A stretch of 64,000 nt of DNA from Mustelus asterias (GCF_964213995.1 NW_027590121.1:62001-126000); one strand, 5' to 3'. Positions 48,303 to 60,734 are shown, numbered from the stretch's first letter. The notes: generated from the sequence alone by a model not told the origin. Translations and numbers: made by a program.

Positions 48303-51008
48303 ATGCATGGAATACCAGAAGGTCTGGTGTTTGCCATTTATTATCCAGTCATAGCAGCTATCGGAGTTTCAGGTAAAATATCTCAGTTATTTAGTTGCTG
48401 CCGAAAAATATTGTTTGGTTGCATTAATTCCTCCACTTTATTACCACCTTATCTCAACAGCACCAAGTTCCTCCTCTCATTGAAAGGGATATAGGTTTCC
48501 CCGTCAATGTTCTGTTTTCTGCCCTTTAACGTATTCCTCGAAAATGTCCCGTTTCTACTTCAGTAGACAATTCCTTATTTGGCATTATAATTTAGCTATT
48601 CCCTGACATAATTTTTCGATGTTCATTCCATAAATTCTACAAATTTAACGGTATAATTTTACGTCTTTCCTACCGTAGTTCCTTCACATTAAATACATGG
48701 TTTCACCGTGTTAACCTTATACAACCGTGCTGTGACAGGTACCATTTCATCAATTGGTAATATAACCTGTCCCATTCACCAGTAACATCTGACAGTCGAG
48801 GTTTTATTGTGTTACTCATTCTGATTTACATTTCCGTTCTGTTATAATGGTTAAACACAATTCAATGTTGTTATTTATGTTTTGTTATTTATGTTTGTTG
48901 TTTATAAAGTTATTATGATTGTTGTGTTGGCGTTGACAGTATTCCTCTGGGCGAATTCTCAAACTGAGCAGCAGAGGTACACTGTGGTTGGCACTGCTGC
49001 CTCATAGCACAATAAACAGGGGTCAATTCCAGAGATGTGTTGGCTGAGTGGAGTTTGCATATTCTTCGCATGTGTGCGTGAGGGTTTTCTCCAGGTGCCC
49101 AGAATACAAAACTGCGCAAGTTATGTAGATTTGCCGCGTAAAGAAGCACCTTAATGCCCATGGACGTGTATGTTAGTTGGATTTGCAATGGTAAATGCGC
49201 GGGATTACAGGGACAGGGCAGACAGAAGGGCATGGATGGGATGTTCTGGCCGAACGTCAGGGATGGATATGTAGAAGGCTGAAATAATGCAAATAGTTAT
49301 CCTTTGATGAATGATTGTTATTAATCCCGAACTCACAACAATTTGTGCCTGCTCCCAGTGCCAAACACTCATTGGCTCCGCCCGGGAATCCTATTTCACA
49401 TTTGCTGCTCCTGATTGCTTGATTCCTTTCTGTCCCAGAACCCAGTATCGTTTCAAATTGTTCTGTTCTCTGCAAAGAGTCAAGCAAAATAACTCGTTAA
49501 ATCTCTCGTTTTATATTTCACCGGATATTTCAGATGATTATCAGGGATACAATTCAGTCTTGGCGCTGCTTCCTAAATCTGCAAGTTCCGACAACTGCTA
49601 ACAATTGTCCTTTTATTTGCCTTTGTTTGAGGATTTATTCGAGAAAATTCACTGCAAACGTTTCCAAAAGTAAATAATTTTGCTGTCATTCATGGAGCCA
49701 TATTTAATACCCATTGAAATATAATCCGCGACCATATTAACTTCCGCACTTATTATTGGATATTTTCCAATTTATCTTCTCCAATATGTTTTAATTAGTT
49801 GTTTACATGTCATTGTATTGTGCATTTAATTATTCAGTTTTGGTTTTGATATGCTTTCCATTTCGCATTATTCCTCTCACAGTTCTCATTAAAAATGCAA
49901 TCACTTTCGTTAACATTCCTTATTATTAATAAAGATATTGTTATTAAGCAGAAACAAGTGTCCCTGAGATCAGGTATAAATGTTGCACCTATCACACAGA
50001 ATTCAACATCATGGATTGTTTTGTTGCGATGAATGTTCCACTTCCCATGCTTCGTCATGCACAAATTCTCACAATCTCTTTCCCTCTATTACAGCTAACA
50101 CAGCAGTGATTATGGTCCTCGCAAGAAAAAGTTGTGGTCTCTCCAGATGTATCACGTATTACCTTGTTTCCATAGCGGTGGTGGATCTCCTGCACATAAT
50201 ATCTGCTGTAATATTAAACCGGATTGCGGGAATCTTTTTTCCATTGAGCTTCTTGTCTGTCACACCAGTTTGCAGCGTCCGTACAGTCCTACATTCTACC
50301 GCCATGGACAACTCTGTCTGGTTAACCGTCGCTTTCACGTTTGATAGATTTGTGGCTATTTGTTGCCAGAAGCTCAAAGTTAAATATTGTAATGAAAATG
50401 TGGCCACGTGGGTCATTGGAATCGTGTCCACACTCGCCTGTGTAAAAAATGTCTTTGTGTACTTTGTTTATGAACCCCTGTACATAATTGACGATGTACC
50501 CTGGTTCTGCAATGTAAAGTTAATATTTTACACATCCCCTTTCTGGGCTGCTTATGACTTGATGCGTTGTATTGTAACTCCTATCCTTCCATTCATTTTG
50601 ATTTTGCTGCTGAATGCTCTTACTGTAAGACACATTCTAGCGGCCAATAGAGCCCGCAGGAGACTCCGGGCCCAGAACAATGGAAAGAATCAGAGTGACC
50701 CAGAGGTGGAGAAGCGGAAAAAGTCCATTATTTTACTCTTCACCATTTCAGGAAATTTCATCCTGTTATACTTGTTATTTTTTATAACTATCATCTATGT
50801 CCGAATTGCGAAAGTTACTTATTTCTCAGGTTCTGGTTTCAGTAATACATTTAATCTTGAGGAAACTGGATATATGCTTCTGTTTTTGTGTTCCTGCATC
50901 AACCCATTGATTTATGCTGGGACCCAGAGTAAAATCAGAGCCGAGTTAAAGAATTTGGTGAAATATCCACTCAAACAATTTGTTAATTTTTTAAAATTTT
51001 GCGCATAG
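48303..51008 (+). CDS. Class A GPCR, GPR139/GPR142-like; exons 48303-48372 and 50095-51008 (327 aa)
   Basis: Exon 1 MHGIPEGLVFAIYYPVIAAIGVS-G|GTAAAA. Acceptor TTACAG|CT joins in frame to ANTAVIMVLARKSCGLSRCITYYL...SVWLTVAFTFDRFVAIC...NPLIY. Seven hydrophobic segments. TATAAA near 48247. Confidence 0.9.
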
Positions 51009-51057
51009 GCTGAACTAAGGTGAATGTTACTTATTCTCAGTCAGTGAAATGTTCCTT

Positions 51058-51410
51058 TCCGTCCGTTCATTCCTCCGTCCGTCCTTCTCCCTCTCCTCAT
51101 CCATCCATCCGTCCGTCCGTTGGCCCGTCCATCCGCCCATCCATTCATCCGNNNNNNNNNNNNNNNNNNNNNNNNNNNNNNNNNNNNNNNNNNNNNNNNN
51201 NNNNNNNNNNNNNNNNNNNNNNNNNNNNNNNNNNNNNNNNNNNNNNNNNNNNNNNNNNNNNNNNNNNNNNNNNNNNNNNNNNNNNNNNNNNNNNNNNNNN
51301 NNNNNNNNNNNNNNNNNNNNNNNNNNNNNNNNNNNNNNNNNNNNNNNNNNNTTCATCTCTCTCTCTCTCTTTTCTCTCTCTCTCTCTACCTCGCTATCTA
51401 TCTATTTGTC
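51058..51410. other. Assembly gap (200 N, 51152-51351) flanked by (TCCR)n and (CT)n microsatellites
   Basis: Direct observation. Confidence 0.98.
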
Positions 51411-52054
51411 TGTCACATTTCACCATCATCGAGTGAGAGTGTGCAACATTTTAAGAGGAGAGATTGCCTTTGAAAGCAACGCAGTGCTTTGGATAGTGGT
51501 GCAGCGTGCTTCTGGGTGTGGAACATCTCTTGTGAATTAAGACTGCAAAGTACGAACGATTGAGATGTTGTTGCAAGGTAAAATCTGTCTGGTAATAGGT
51601 CAGATTTTACCGTTTACACTGCCACTGAATTACGAAACTTTTCCCTCACTCCGAATTGTAAAATATTTGGAAATATTTCTTTCCTGTTTCGAACCATCGG
51701 AAGCGAAAGTGATAATTGTACTGCAACGTTCGTTGTTTGAAAATGATCCACAGGTCAGTTTCGTGACAAATGTGCGAAAAATTCTGAAAGCCCAATCACT
51801 CTGAAATTGATAACATTTGGAAATGTTTTTGTAAAAATAAAGTACTAGTGATGCTGGAACCTGAAACACAAACAGAAAATAATGGAAAATCTCAGCAGGT
51901 CTGCCAGCACTTGTGATGAGAGAATCGAGCCATTGTGTCGAATCAAGAAGTCTGACGAAGGGTCATCCAGACTTGAAATGTTGGTTCCACTCTCTCCCCA
52001 CAGATGCTATCATACCGGCTGAGTTTTTCCAGAAATTTCTGTTTTTCTGGTAAA

Positions 52055-52127
52055 TATTCCTGCCCCAGATCCAACAGGAACCCTTTTGCGTGTAAAGCGA
52101 CCGTGATACCCACTACACTACAGCAAC
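52055..52127 (-). pseudogene. tRNA-Val(TAC) pseudogene
   Basis: GTTGCTGTAGTGTAGTGGGTATCACGGTCGCTTTACACGCAAAAGG.... Confidence 0.7.
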
Positions 52128-52641
52128 GCTGCGATGCACTGATATTCGGAAACTGACGCCACAAACACGTCAATTGCCCACAGCAACTGTGATTTACATT
52201 GTGTCTGCTGGTATCTCAAATTAATCAGGTAACGGGGAAGTGGTGGAAAGGATATTGAAAGAAGGAACATTGAATTAAAATTGTATCGAAATTAAAGACC
52301 AGTACACCATTCCTATGTTACTGACTCTGAAATACAAATGGATGCCATCATTTAAAGACTTCATTAAGGAATGGAACTAATTTGGAATTACCCTGTATTA
52401 TTGCAGTGCTGTTAATAAAGTCAGTAATAGACTAGTTTCGGGAGCTGTTCGGAGGAGGAGGAGCAGTCTCTGGGTGAGTATAAAAACCTAACGGTAACTT
52501 CCTGTTTTCCACTTTTTCTTTCTTCAAAAGTGACGTCAGAGGGAAGCTGTGATCTGATTGGTTGATAGCAAATCTGCCCCAAATTTAAAAAAAACACAGC
52601 TAAACTCGTAAACTTAAATTAAACTAATTAATTAATTAGAG

Positions 52642-53598
52642 ATGGCTGGTCAGGTGATGTGCTTGAGCTGCTTGATGTGGGAGCTGGCAGATCCCATTGC
52701 GAGCTACAGCGACCACATCTGCAGTAAGTGTTGGCTGCTTGAAAAACTCCGGCTCAGAGTTGATGAGCTGGAGTCTGAGCTTCAAACACTGAGGCACATC
52801 CGGGAGGGGGAGACTTACCTGGACACTGTGTTTCAGGAGGCAGTCACACCTGTCAGAGTAAATAGTTTAAATCCTGCCAGTGGCCAGGGACAGCAGGGTG
52901 TGACTGCAAGTCAGGCAGGTAAAGGGAACCAGCAGTCAGGAACTCAGGAGCCTCAGCCCTTGACCCTGTCCAACAGGTACGAGGCACTTGCTCCCTGTGT
53001 GGATGGCAAACAGGGCTGCAGGAAGGATGAGTCAGCTGACCAAGGCACCATGGTTCAGCAGGCCATTCAAGGGGAGGAAGTAAATAGGCAAGTTGTAGTT
53101 GGAGGGGATTCTATTATCAGGGGGATAGATAGTATCCTTTGTGAGCAGGATAGAGTGTCCCGCATGGTATGTTGCCTGCCCGGTGCTAGGGTGCGGGACA
53201 TCTCTGACCGGCTTGAAAGGATACTGGAGAGGGAGGGGGAGGATCCAGGTGTTGTGGTCCATGTTGGTACCAACAACATAGGCAAGTCTAGGAAAGAGGA
53301 TCTGTTTAGAGATTATAAAGAGCTAGGATTCAAATTAAAAAACAGGTCCTCAAGGGTCATAATCTCCGGATTACTGCCCGAGCCACGTGCTAATTGGCAT
53401 AGGGAGACAAGAATAAGGGAAGTTAACACGTGGCTGAAAGAGTGGTGTGGGAAAGAGGGGTTCTTTTTCATGGGACACTGGCATCAGTTTTGGGGCAGGG
53501 GGGACCTATACCGTTGGGATGGTCTCCACCTGGACCGAGCTGGGATCAGTGTTCTGGCGAAGAGAGTAAATAGGGTGGTCAATAGGACTTTAAACTAG
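52642..53598 (+). CDS. CR1 ORF1p: Cys-rich zinc knuckle, coiled coil, SGNH esterase
   Basis: CxxC...CxxC, heptad leucines, and SGNH blocks GDS / PGA / GTNN / DGLH. Confidence 0.92.
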   Translation: MAGQVMCLSCLMWELADPIASYSDHICSKCWLLEKLRLRVDELESELQTLRHIREGETYLDTVFQEAVTPVRVNSLNPASGQGQQGVTASQAGKGNQQSGTQEPQPLTLSNRYEALAPCVDGKQGCRKDESADQGTMVQQAIQGEEVNRQVVVGGDSIIRGIDSILCEQDRVSRMVCCLPGARVRDISDRLERILEREGEDPGVVVHVGTNNIGKSRKEDLFRDYKELGFKLKNRSSRVIISGLLPEPRANWHRETRIREVNTWLKEWCGKEGFFFMGHWHQFWGRGDLYRWDGLHLDRAGISVLAKRVNRVVNRTLN

Positions 53599-53732
53599 AG
53601 ATTGGGGGGGAAGGGAAAGTCAGGGAACCAAGAGGTGAAGGAATCAGTGGGAAGCGTAGCTGTTTAGGATTACAAAAAATCACGAAAAGACAGCGCTCAG
53701 GAGAGGTTACGATAGTCCCCATCTCACAAAAT

Positions 53733-56609
53733 ATGACACAGTGTCTGGAAAGGCTCAGTAAACCAAGGTCCACCACACTACGAAAACAAAAAGGGACGGT
53801 CAATAGTGAATTAAAGGTGCTATATTTAAATGCCCGCAGTGTCCGGAACAAGGTAGATGAGCTTGTGGCCCAGATTGTGACTGGCAGGTATGATGTGGTA
53901 GGCATCACAGAGACGTGGTTGCAGGGGGTTCAGGACTGGCAGTTAAACATCCAGGGATTCACAACCTATCGAAAAGACAAAGAGGTGGGTAGAGGGGGCG
54001 GGGTTGCCTTGTTAATTAGAAATGAAATTAAATCAATAGCACTAAACGACATAGGGTCAGACGATGTGGAGTCTGTGTGGGTAGAGTTGAGGAACCACAA
54101 AGGCAAAAAAACCATAATGGGAGTTATGTACAGGCCTCCTGACAGTGGTCAGGACCAGGGGCACAAAATGCACCACGAAATAGAAAGGGCATGTCAGAAA
54201 GGCAAGGTCACAGTGATCATGGGGGATTTCAATATGCAGGTGGACTGGGTAAATAATGTTGCCAGTGGATCCAAAGAAAGGGAATTCATTGAATGTTTAC
54301 AGGATGGCTTTTTGGAACAGCTTGTGATGGAGCCCACGAGGGAACAGGCTATTCTGGACTTAGTGTTATATAATGAGCCAGACGTGATAAAAAATCTTAA
54401 AGTAAGGGAACACTTAGGAAGCAGTGATCATAATATGGTAGAATTCAGTCTGAAATTTGAAAGAAGGAAGGCAGAATCAGATGTGAAGGTTCTACAGTTA
54501 AATAAAGGTAATTACAGGCGCATGAGGGAAGAACTGACAAAGATCGACTGGAAGCAGAGCCTAGTGGGAAAGACAGTAGAACAGCAATGGCAGGAGTTTC
54601 TGGGAGTAATTGAGGACACAGTGCAGAGGTTCATCCCAAACAAAAGAAAGGTTATCAGAGGGGGGATTAGGCAGCCATGGCTGACAAAGGAAGTCAGGGA
54701 ATGCATCAAGGCAAAAGAGAGAGCCTATAATGTGGCAAAGAGTAGTGGGAAGTCAGAAGATTGGGAAGGCTATAAAAACAAACAGAGGATAACAAAGAGA
54801 GAAATAATGAAGGAGAGGATCAAATATGAAGGTAGGCTAGCCAGTAACATTAGGAATGATAGTAAAAGTTTCTTTAAATACATTAAAAACAAACGGGAGG
54901 CAAAAGTAGACATTGGGCCGCTCCAAAATGACGCTGGTAATCTAGTGATGGGAGACAAGGAAATAGCTGAGGAACTTAATAAGTACTTTGCGTCAGTCTT
55001 CACAGTAGAAGACATGAGTAATATCCCAACAATTCAGGAAAGTCAGGGGGCAGAGTTGAATATGGTTGCCATCACAAAGGAGAAAGTGCTAGAGAAACTA
55101 AAAGGTCTGAAAATTGATAAATCTCCGGGCCCAGATGGGCTACATCCTAGAGTTCTAAAGGAGATAGCTGAAGAAATAGTGGAGGCGTTGGTTATGATCT
55201 TTCAAAAGTCACTGGAGTCAGGGAAAGTCCCAGAGGATTGGAAAATCGCTGTTGTAACCCCACTGTTCAAGAAGGGAACAAGAAAAAAGATGGGAAATTA
55301 TAGGCCAATTAGCCTAACCTCAGTTGTTGGCAAAATTCTAGAATCCATCGTTAAGGATGAGATTTCTAAATTCTTGGAAGTGCAGGGTCGGATTAGGACA
55401 AGCCAGCATGGATTTAGTAAGGGGAGGTCGTGCCTGACAAACCTGTTAGAGTTCTTTGAAGAGATAACAAATAGGTTAGACCAAGGAGAGCCAATGGATG
55501 TTATCTATCTTGACTTCCAAAAGGCCTTTGACAAGGTGCCTCACGGGAGACTGATAAGTAAAATAAGGGCCCATGGTATTCGAGGCAAGGTACTAACATG
55601 GATTGACGATTGGCTGTCAGACAGAAGGCAGAGAGTTGGGATAAAAGGTTCTTTCTCAGAATGGCAACCGGTGACAAGTGGTGTCCCGCAGGGTTCAGTG
55701 TTGGGGCCACAGCTGTTCTCTTTATATATTAACGATCTAGATGACGGGACTGGGGGCATTCTGGCCAAGTTTGCCGATGATACAAAGATAGGTGGAGGGG
55801 CAGGTAGTATTGAGGAGGTGGGGAGGCTGCAGAAAGATTTAGACAGTTTAGGAGAGTGGTCCAAGAAGTGGCTGATGAAATTCAACGTGGGCAAGTGCGA
55901 GGTCTTGCACTTTGGAAAAAAGAATAGAGGCATGGACTATTTTCTAAACGGTGACAAAATTCATAATGCTAAAGTGCAAAGGGACTTGGGAGTCCTAGTC
56001 CAGGATTCTCTAAAGGTAAACTTGCAGGTTGAGTCCGTAATTAAGAAAGCAAATGTAATGTTGTCATTTATCTCAAGAGGCTTGGAATACAAAAGCAGGG
56101 ATGTACTTCTGAGGCTTTATAAAGCACTGGTTCGGCCCCATTTGGAGTACTGTGAGCAATTTTGGGCCCCGCACCTCAGGAAGGACATACTGGCACTGGA
56201 GCGGGTCCAACGGAGATTGACACGGATGATCCCAGGAATGGTAGGCCTGACATACGATGAACGTCTGAGGATCGTGGGATTATATTCATTGGAGTTTAGG
56301 AGGTTGAGGGGAGATCTAATAGAAACTTACAAGATAATGAACGGCTTAGATAGGATGGACGTAGGGAAGTTGTTTCCATTAGCAGGGGAGACTAGGACGC
56401 GGGGGCACAGCCTTAGAATAAATGGGAGTCACTTTAGAACAGAGATGAGGAGAAATTTCTGCAGCCAGAGAGTGGTAGGTCTGTGGAATTCATTGCCACA
56501 GAGGGCTGTGGAGGCCGAGACGTTGAGCGTCTTCAAGACAGAAATTGATAAATTCTTGATTTCTCGAGGAATTAAGGGCTATGGGGAGAGAGCGGGTAAA
56601 TGGAATTGA
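53733..56609 (+). CDS. CR1 ORF2p: APE endonuclease + reverse transcriptase (958 aa)
   Basis: YLNARS, ITETW, GDFN, SDH (EN); NYRPISL, DFQKAFDKV, GVPQGSVLGP, FADD (RT). Confidence 0.97.
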   Translation: MTQCLERLSKPRSTTLRKQKGTVNSELKVLYLNARSVRNKVDELVAQIVTGRYDVVGITETWLQGVQDWQLNIQGFTTYRKDKEVGRGGGVALLIRNEIKSIALNDIGSDDVESVWVELRNHKGKKTIMGVMYRPPDSGQDQGHKMHHEIERACQKGKVTVIMGDFNMQVDWVNNVASGSKEREFIECLQDGFLEQLVMEPTREQAILDLVLYNEPDVIKNLKVREHLGSSDHNMVEFSLKFERRKAESDVKVLQLNKGNYRRMREELTKIDWKQSLVGKTVEQQWQEFLGVIEDTVQRFIPNKRKVIRGGIRQPWLTKEVRECIKAKERAYNVAKSSGKSEDWEGYKNKQRITKREIMKERIKYEGRLASNIRNDSKSFFKYIKNKREAKVDIGPLQNDAGNLVMGDKEIAEELNKYFASVFTVEDMSNIPTIQESQGAELNMVAITKEKVLEKLKGLKIDKSPGPDGLHPRVLKEIAEEIVEALVMIFQKSLESGKVPEDWKIAVVTPLFKKGTRKKMGNYRPISLTSVVGKILESIVKDEISKFLEVQGRIRTSQHGFSKGRSCLTNLLEFFEEITNRLDQGEPMDVIYLDFQKAFDKVPHGRLISKIRAHGIRGKVLTWIDDWLSDRRQRVGIKGSFSEWQPVTSGVPQGSVLGPQLFSLYINDLDDGTGGILAKFADDTKIGGGAGSIEEVGRLQKDLDSLGEWSKKWLMKFNVGKCEVLHFGKKNRGMDYFLNGDKIHNAKVQRDLGVLVQDSLKVNLQVESVIKKANVMLSFISRGLEYKSRDVLLRLYKALVRPHLEYCEQFWAPHLRKDILALERVQRRLTRMIPGMVGLTYDERLRIVGLYSLEFRRLRGDLIETYKIMNGLDRMDVGKLFPLAGETRTRGHSLRINGSHFRTEMRRNFCSQRVVGLWNSLPQRAVEAETLSVFKTEIDKFLISRGIKGYGERAGKWN

Positions 56610-57439
56610 AATCAACCATGATTGAATGGTGGAGTGGACTCGATGGGCCGAATGGCCTTACTTCCGCTCCTATGTCTTATGGTCTTATTGCTGGGAGTTT
56701 GATTATCTGCTGTCTGAAACCAAAATATTCAATATTTCGAGTGAAAAAGATGAACAAGGAAACACATCAGTGCCGAATATTCCAGCTGGATATTCACAGG
56801 AGAAAGTATGTTTTCTAACGCTACCAGTAGAAAGAACAGAGAAAGATCCATCTGGAAGAAACCCTCCAATCATTTGTAAATATATTTCAAATGTTGACAG
56901 GTTCCAACAGTCAGTTTCCATCACATTGAAGTCAATTGAAGGTGGGAGAAAGAGTCATAGAGTCATAGAACATGGAAACAGGCCCTTGGGCCCAACTTGT
57001 CCACGCCGCCATTTTTTTAAAACCCTAAGCTAATCCAAATTGCCGGCATTTGGCCCATATCGCTTTATACCCATCTTATTTTCAACATTTTCAACAAAAT
57101 ATTTTCAACCAAAACAGAATGGTTCAAAGTTCCAGAGTGAAATGTAACTTGATGTTACTTACATTAGTAGATTCAGGAAAGTCACACAAACATTTTCAGT
57201 CTGGAAACTTAAACCTGCCATTTCACTCTCAGGAACAGCCCAATTTTACAACAACCTCTGATTTTACAGCACGTTTGCAGTATTCAACATTGCTCTCCTG
57301 ACTCCGAACACAATTGCAAAGGAGCTTCTCTTCCGTGTCTCGGAGCTCTGAACCATGGAAGAGAGCGGCTCGCACACATTCCTTACACACATCAGGATTA
57401 ACCTCCAAGTTCAGTCCTGGGCGTGAGTCACTGCAGCAA

Positions 57440-58020
57440 TGTAAGAAGTCTCACAACACCAGGTTAAGATCCAACAGGTTTATTTGGAATCACGGGCTTT
57501 CGGAGCGCTGCTCCTTCATCAGGTGCGTGAAGGTTAGTTCGCAAGCACAGAATATATAATCAAAGACACAACTGCAAGATAGTTACAGATTGGTATGTGA
57601 AGAGTGATTTAATATGAGTCTTTATAGGTAACTATAAAGTAAATAATCAAGTTTTTATAGGTGCGAAGTGTGAGTGGAGCGAGGGACAATTACAATTTAA
57701 AGGGGTGTGAATTGTCTCAAACCAGGTCAGTTCGTAGGATTTTGCAAACCCAGGCAGTATGGTAAGGGTTACAAGTAGTGCGACATTCACCCAAGATCCC
57801 GGTTAAGGCCGTCCTCATGCATGTTGAACTTGGCTATCAGTTTCTGCTCGGCGATTCTGCGGTGCCATATGTCTTGAAGGCCGCGTTGGAGAACGCTTAC
57901 CCGAAAACTGGAGGCTGAATGTCCTGGACTGCTGAAGAGCTCCCCAACTGGAAGGGAACACTCCCGCCTGGCGATTGTTGTGCAGTGTCCGTTCAACCGT
58001 TGCCGTCATGTCTGCAATGT
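57440..58020 (-). mobile_element. Penelope-like element 3' fragment
   Basis: MNGH...LPVGELF...AEQKLIAKF, homologous to 13290-13830. Confidence 0.85.
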
Positions 58021-58024
58021 CCTC

Positions 58025-58546
58025 CGCTCATTTGTGTGTGCCAGGAAGTGGCTGGAATCCCTTCCCACACTCAGAGAAGGTGAACGGCCTCTCCTTGGTG
58101 TGACGTTGTTGGTGTGTGAGCAGATCGGATGACTGAATTAATCCTTTCCCACTTTCCGGGTATATGAACCGTCTCACTCCAGTCTGAAGCTGTTGTTTTA
58201 TTCACAGATAGTTCTTGTTTTAAAGCTCTTTTCACAATCAGAACATTTAAAAGGACTCTGATCACTGTGATCAAGTTTATGCTTAGTGAGCTGGGATGAC
58301 TAAGCGAATCCTTTCCCACAAACAGAGCAGGTGACTGTATTCTCCTCAGTGTGAACTCATTCATGTGCCAGTAGGTCAGATGAGTAAGCAAATTCCTTCG
58401 CACATTTAAAACATCAGAACAGCTTCTCCCCAGTATGAACTTGCTGGTGTGTTGACAGAAGGGACAACTGATTAAATCCATCTCCACACTTCGAGACGGT
58501 GAATGACCTCTCCCCAGTTTGACTGCGTTGATCATTTCCCAGTTCA
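58025..58546 (-). pseudogene. C2H2 zinc-finger pseudogene
   Basis: CSVCGKGFA*SSQLTKHKLDH, FKCSDCEKSF and other fingers with stops and frameshifts. Confidence 0.85.
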
Positions 58547-59344
58547 AGGAATAAAGAGTATAAATAGGGAAAATATTTTAATTTAATATATTTTCCTTGA
58601 AGTTCTGTCTTTTTATTACAATGCCGTTTTAAGAGGATTTCAACAAGTTTATCAGTTCATTTGTTTTACTAGTATATGAAAAATAGAAAACCGCTCTCAG
58701 ACCTCACTGATTTCTATCCAAAGTGGAACCACAGGAAGAGGAGGCTCCACAAACATCCCCACTCTCAATGATGGGCTCCAGCACATCACGGCCGTGTTTT
58801 GTGTTTACTGACCCGGATGTGTTATCAATGGCTTCCCTGGTTCCCAAGGCTTGGAAAGACATTTTGGAAGGCATGAGTTCAAGAGAATAGCTGAAGGTCC
58901 AAGAAATGAAATGATCTGGACAGTTAGAAAGGAGAAAATAATAAAGATGAAGCATTGAGTGACAGTCAGTGACAGGTTAGCAATTAATCTGCTCCTATCC
59001 TGGAGAAATGAAGGAACTGACCCTGTGCCTGAAACAATATTAGTTCATTTGACACATATCGGAATATTCAAAAGCAGCAAGTTATGGAGATTATTAACGT
59101 CAGCATGAAGAAACTCCAGCTCTCAGATTGAACATTTTTCAGGTTTTGATGTGATTAATCTGGAATTAAAAGTGTAATGATGACCATGAAACCATTATCG
59201 ACTGTTGCAAAACCCCATCCGGTTCACTAATGTCATGGGGGAAGGAGATCTGCCGTCCTTAGCTGGTTTGGCCGACATGTGACTCCAGAGCCAGAGTAAT
59301 GTGGTTGATCCTTAAATGTCCTCTCAAATGGAGGGCAATTAAGG

Positions 59345-60124
59345 CTCCTCCGTCTGACGTCATGGATTGGTGAGCGAAGGCACTCTGAGCTGATTGGATG
59401 AAATGGAGGGTAATGAATCTGTGAGCTGATTGGGTGTCTCCCGCTGGCTCTGTCAGAAACGAGCCAATCGCTTGAGGCCGGATATTTCTCAACATTTTCT
59501 GAACCCTGAACTAAATATGGAGCTTGAACTCACTGAGTTCAGATCCAGCATCATCTCTATGAAGACTTTGTGTGTTAGTCTTTACCAGTTCCTCACAGCT
59601 TCAACTCTTTTAACTGTTCCCAAGTTGCACATTCTGCCGCTTGCTCGCGATACTGACATAGAAATCTTTCCATTGAACTGTTTTTCCATCTATTTGTAAT
59701 ATATTCAATTACCTAAATCCCGTTGTTTCTGACAAAGTGATAAGAAAAATTAAGTTTCGTATTTCTATTCTTTTTTGCAGGTGTGAGTGCTGCAGGTTTT
59801 GTCTCCCAGGGTCCGGTTACAGCGATGAGGTTTGAAGGAGAATCGGTGTGTATTGATTTCAGCTATTCGACCACAGCGGCTGCATATTCTTTTCAGTTTT
59901 ACCACCAGGACCTGGATATAGTCCCCACATTCTTGATCTACATCCCCAGTTACGAAGATGTTGTCAGAGCAGAGGGCGTGGGGGCTCGATTTTCTGCATC
60001 TTTGAACACTTCGAAAAAGCAGGGAAATTTCACCACGTGAGCTGCAGCTGTCTGACAGCGCGGTTTATTACAGCGGACTGAGAGACACAGTGACCAGAAG
60101 CAGAGGAAGCCTCGTGCAGTGTGA
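59345..60124 (+). pseudogene. TCR V gene 'A2': promoter, leader (ATG 59559), V exon 59781-60085, RSS heptamer
   Basis: MKTLCVSLYQFLTASTLLT; TTTTGCAG|; VSAAGFVSQGPVTAMRFEGESVCIDFSYSTT...RFSASLNTSKKQGNFT/RELQLSDSAVYYSGLR (2-nt frameshift). CACAGTG (60086-92) and 23-bp spacer present, nonamer deleted. Confidence 0.85.
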
Positions 60125-60734
60125 CAAAGGGAACAGCTGGGCAGAAGGGGAAAACCTGGAATTTCCAAACCTACCTGTAGATTGCTCTGATTTAAAATGA
60201 ACCCAAATTATTAGCAAGTCGAGAGCAACAGGTACTGCCCTGGGAAACGTTTCCTCTGTCCCATTTTTGTCGAATACATGAACATAACGTGAAGATGAGT
60301 TTGAAATAATCATTGTTTTTAAAATTAAAGATATTGTTATAAAAGAGCTGTGGAAAATATTTGATATTTGACATGTCGCAAGGAGAAATACGACACAAGA
60401 ATTGAAGCTAAGTAAATGGAAAGACAGTGAGTGAATCAAAAGCAGAGACCGTGGTAGATATAGGTACATAGATAGGGAGAGACTGATTGAGATTTGGGGA
60501 GGTAAAGAGGAAGCGGAATGATAGAAATGAGCGAGAAACAGAGATAAATAGTGGGACTGACACGGAGTGAAAAAGAGGCGGAGGCAGGAAGGGAATTCGA
60601 TGAAGAAACGGTGAAGAAACAAAGAGAGACAAGAAGGCTGTGAACACGACAAACAGAAAGCTATACAGTGAGATAAACGCAATGTCCAAAATTGAATCAG
60701 GAATTCCAGATGGAGAAATAAAATAACATAATAT

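Larger units (their letters stand above)
52435..56688 (+). mobile_element. Full-length CR1-clade LINE with two open ORFs
   Basis: 5' UTR with TGACGTCA and ATTGG, ORF1, ORF2, short 3' UTR ending (TATGGTCT)-type repeats. 5' boundary approximate. Confidence 0.93.

Noticed and set aside
49980-50094. ORF-track N-terminus of the GPCR
   Set aside because: Intronic. A proper acceptor at 50094 and an upstream exon supply TM1.
51020-51540. ORFs spanning the N run
   Set aside because: Artefacts of the assembly gap.
54512-55933. Antisense ORFs within CR1 ORF2
   Set aside because: Shadow frames of the coding strand.
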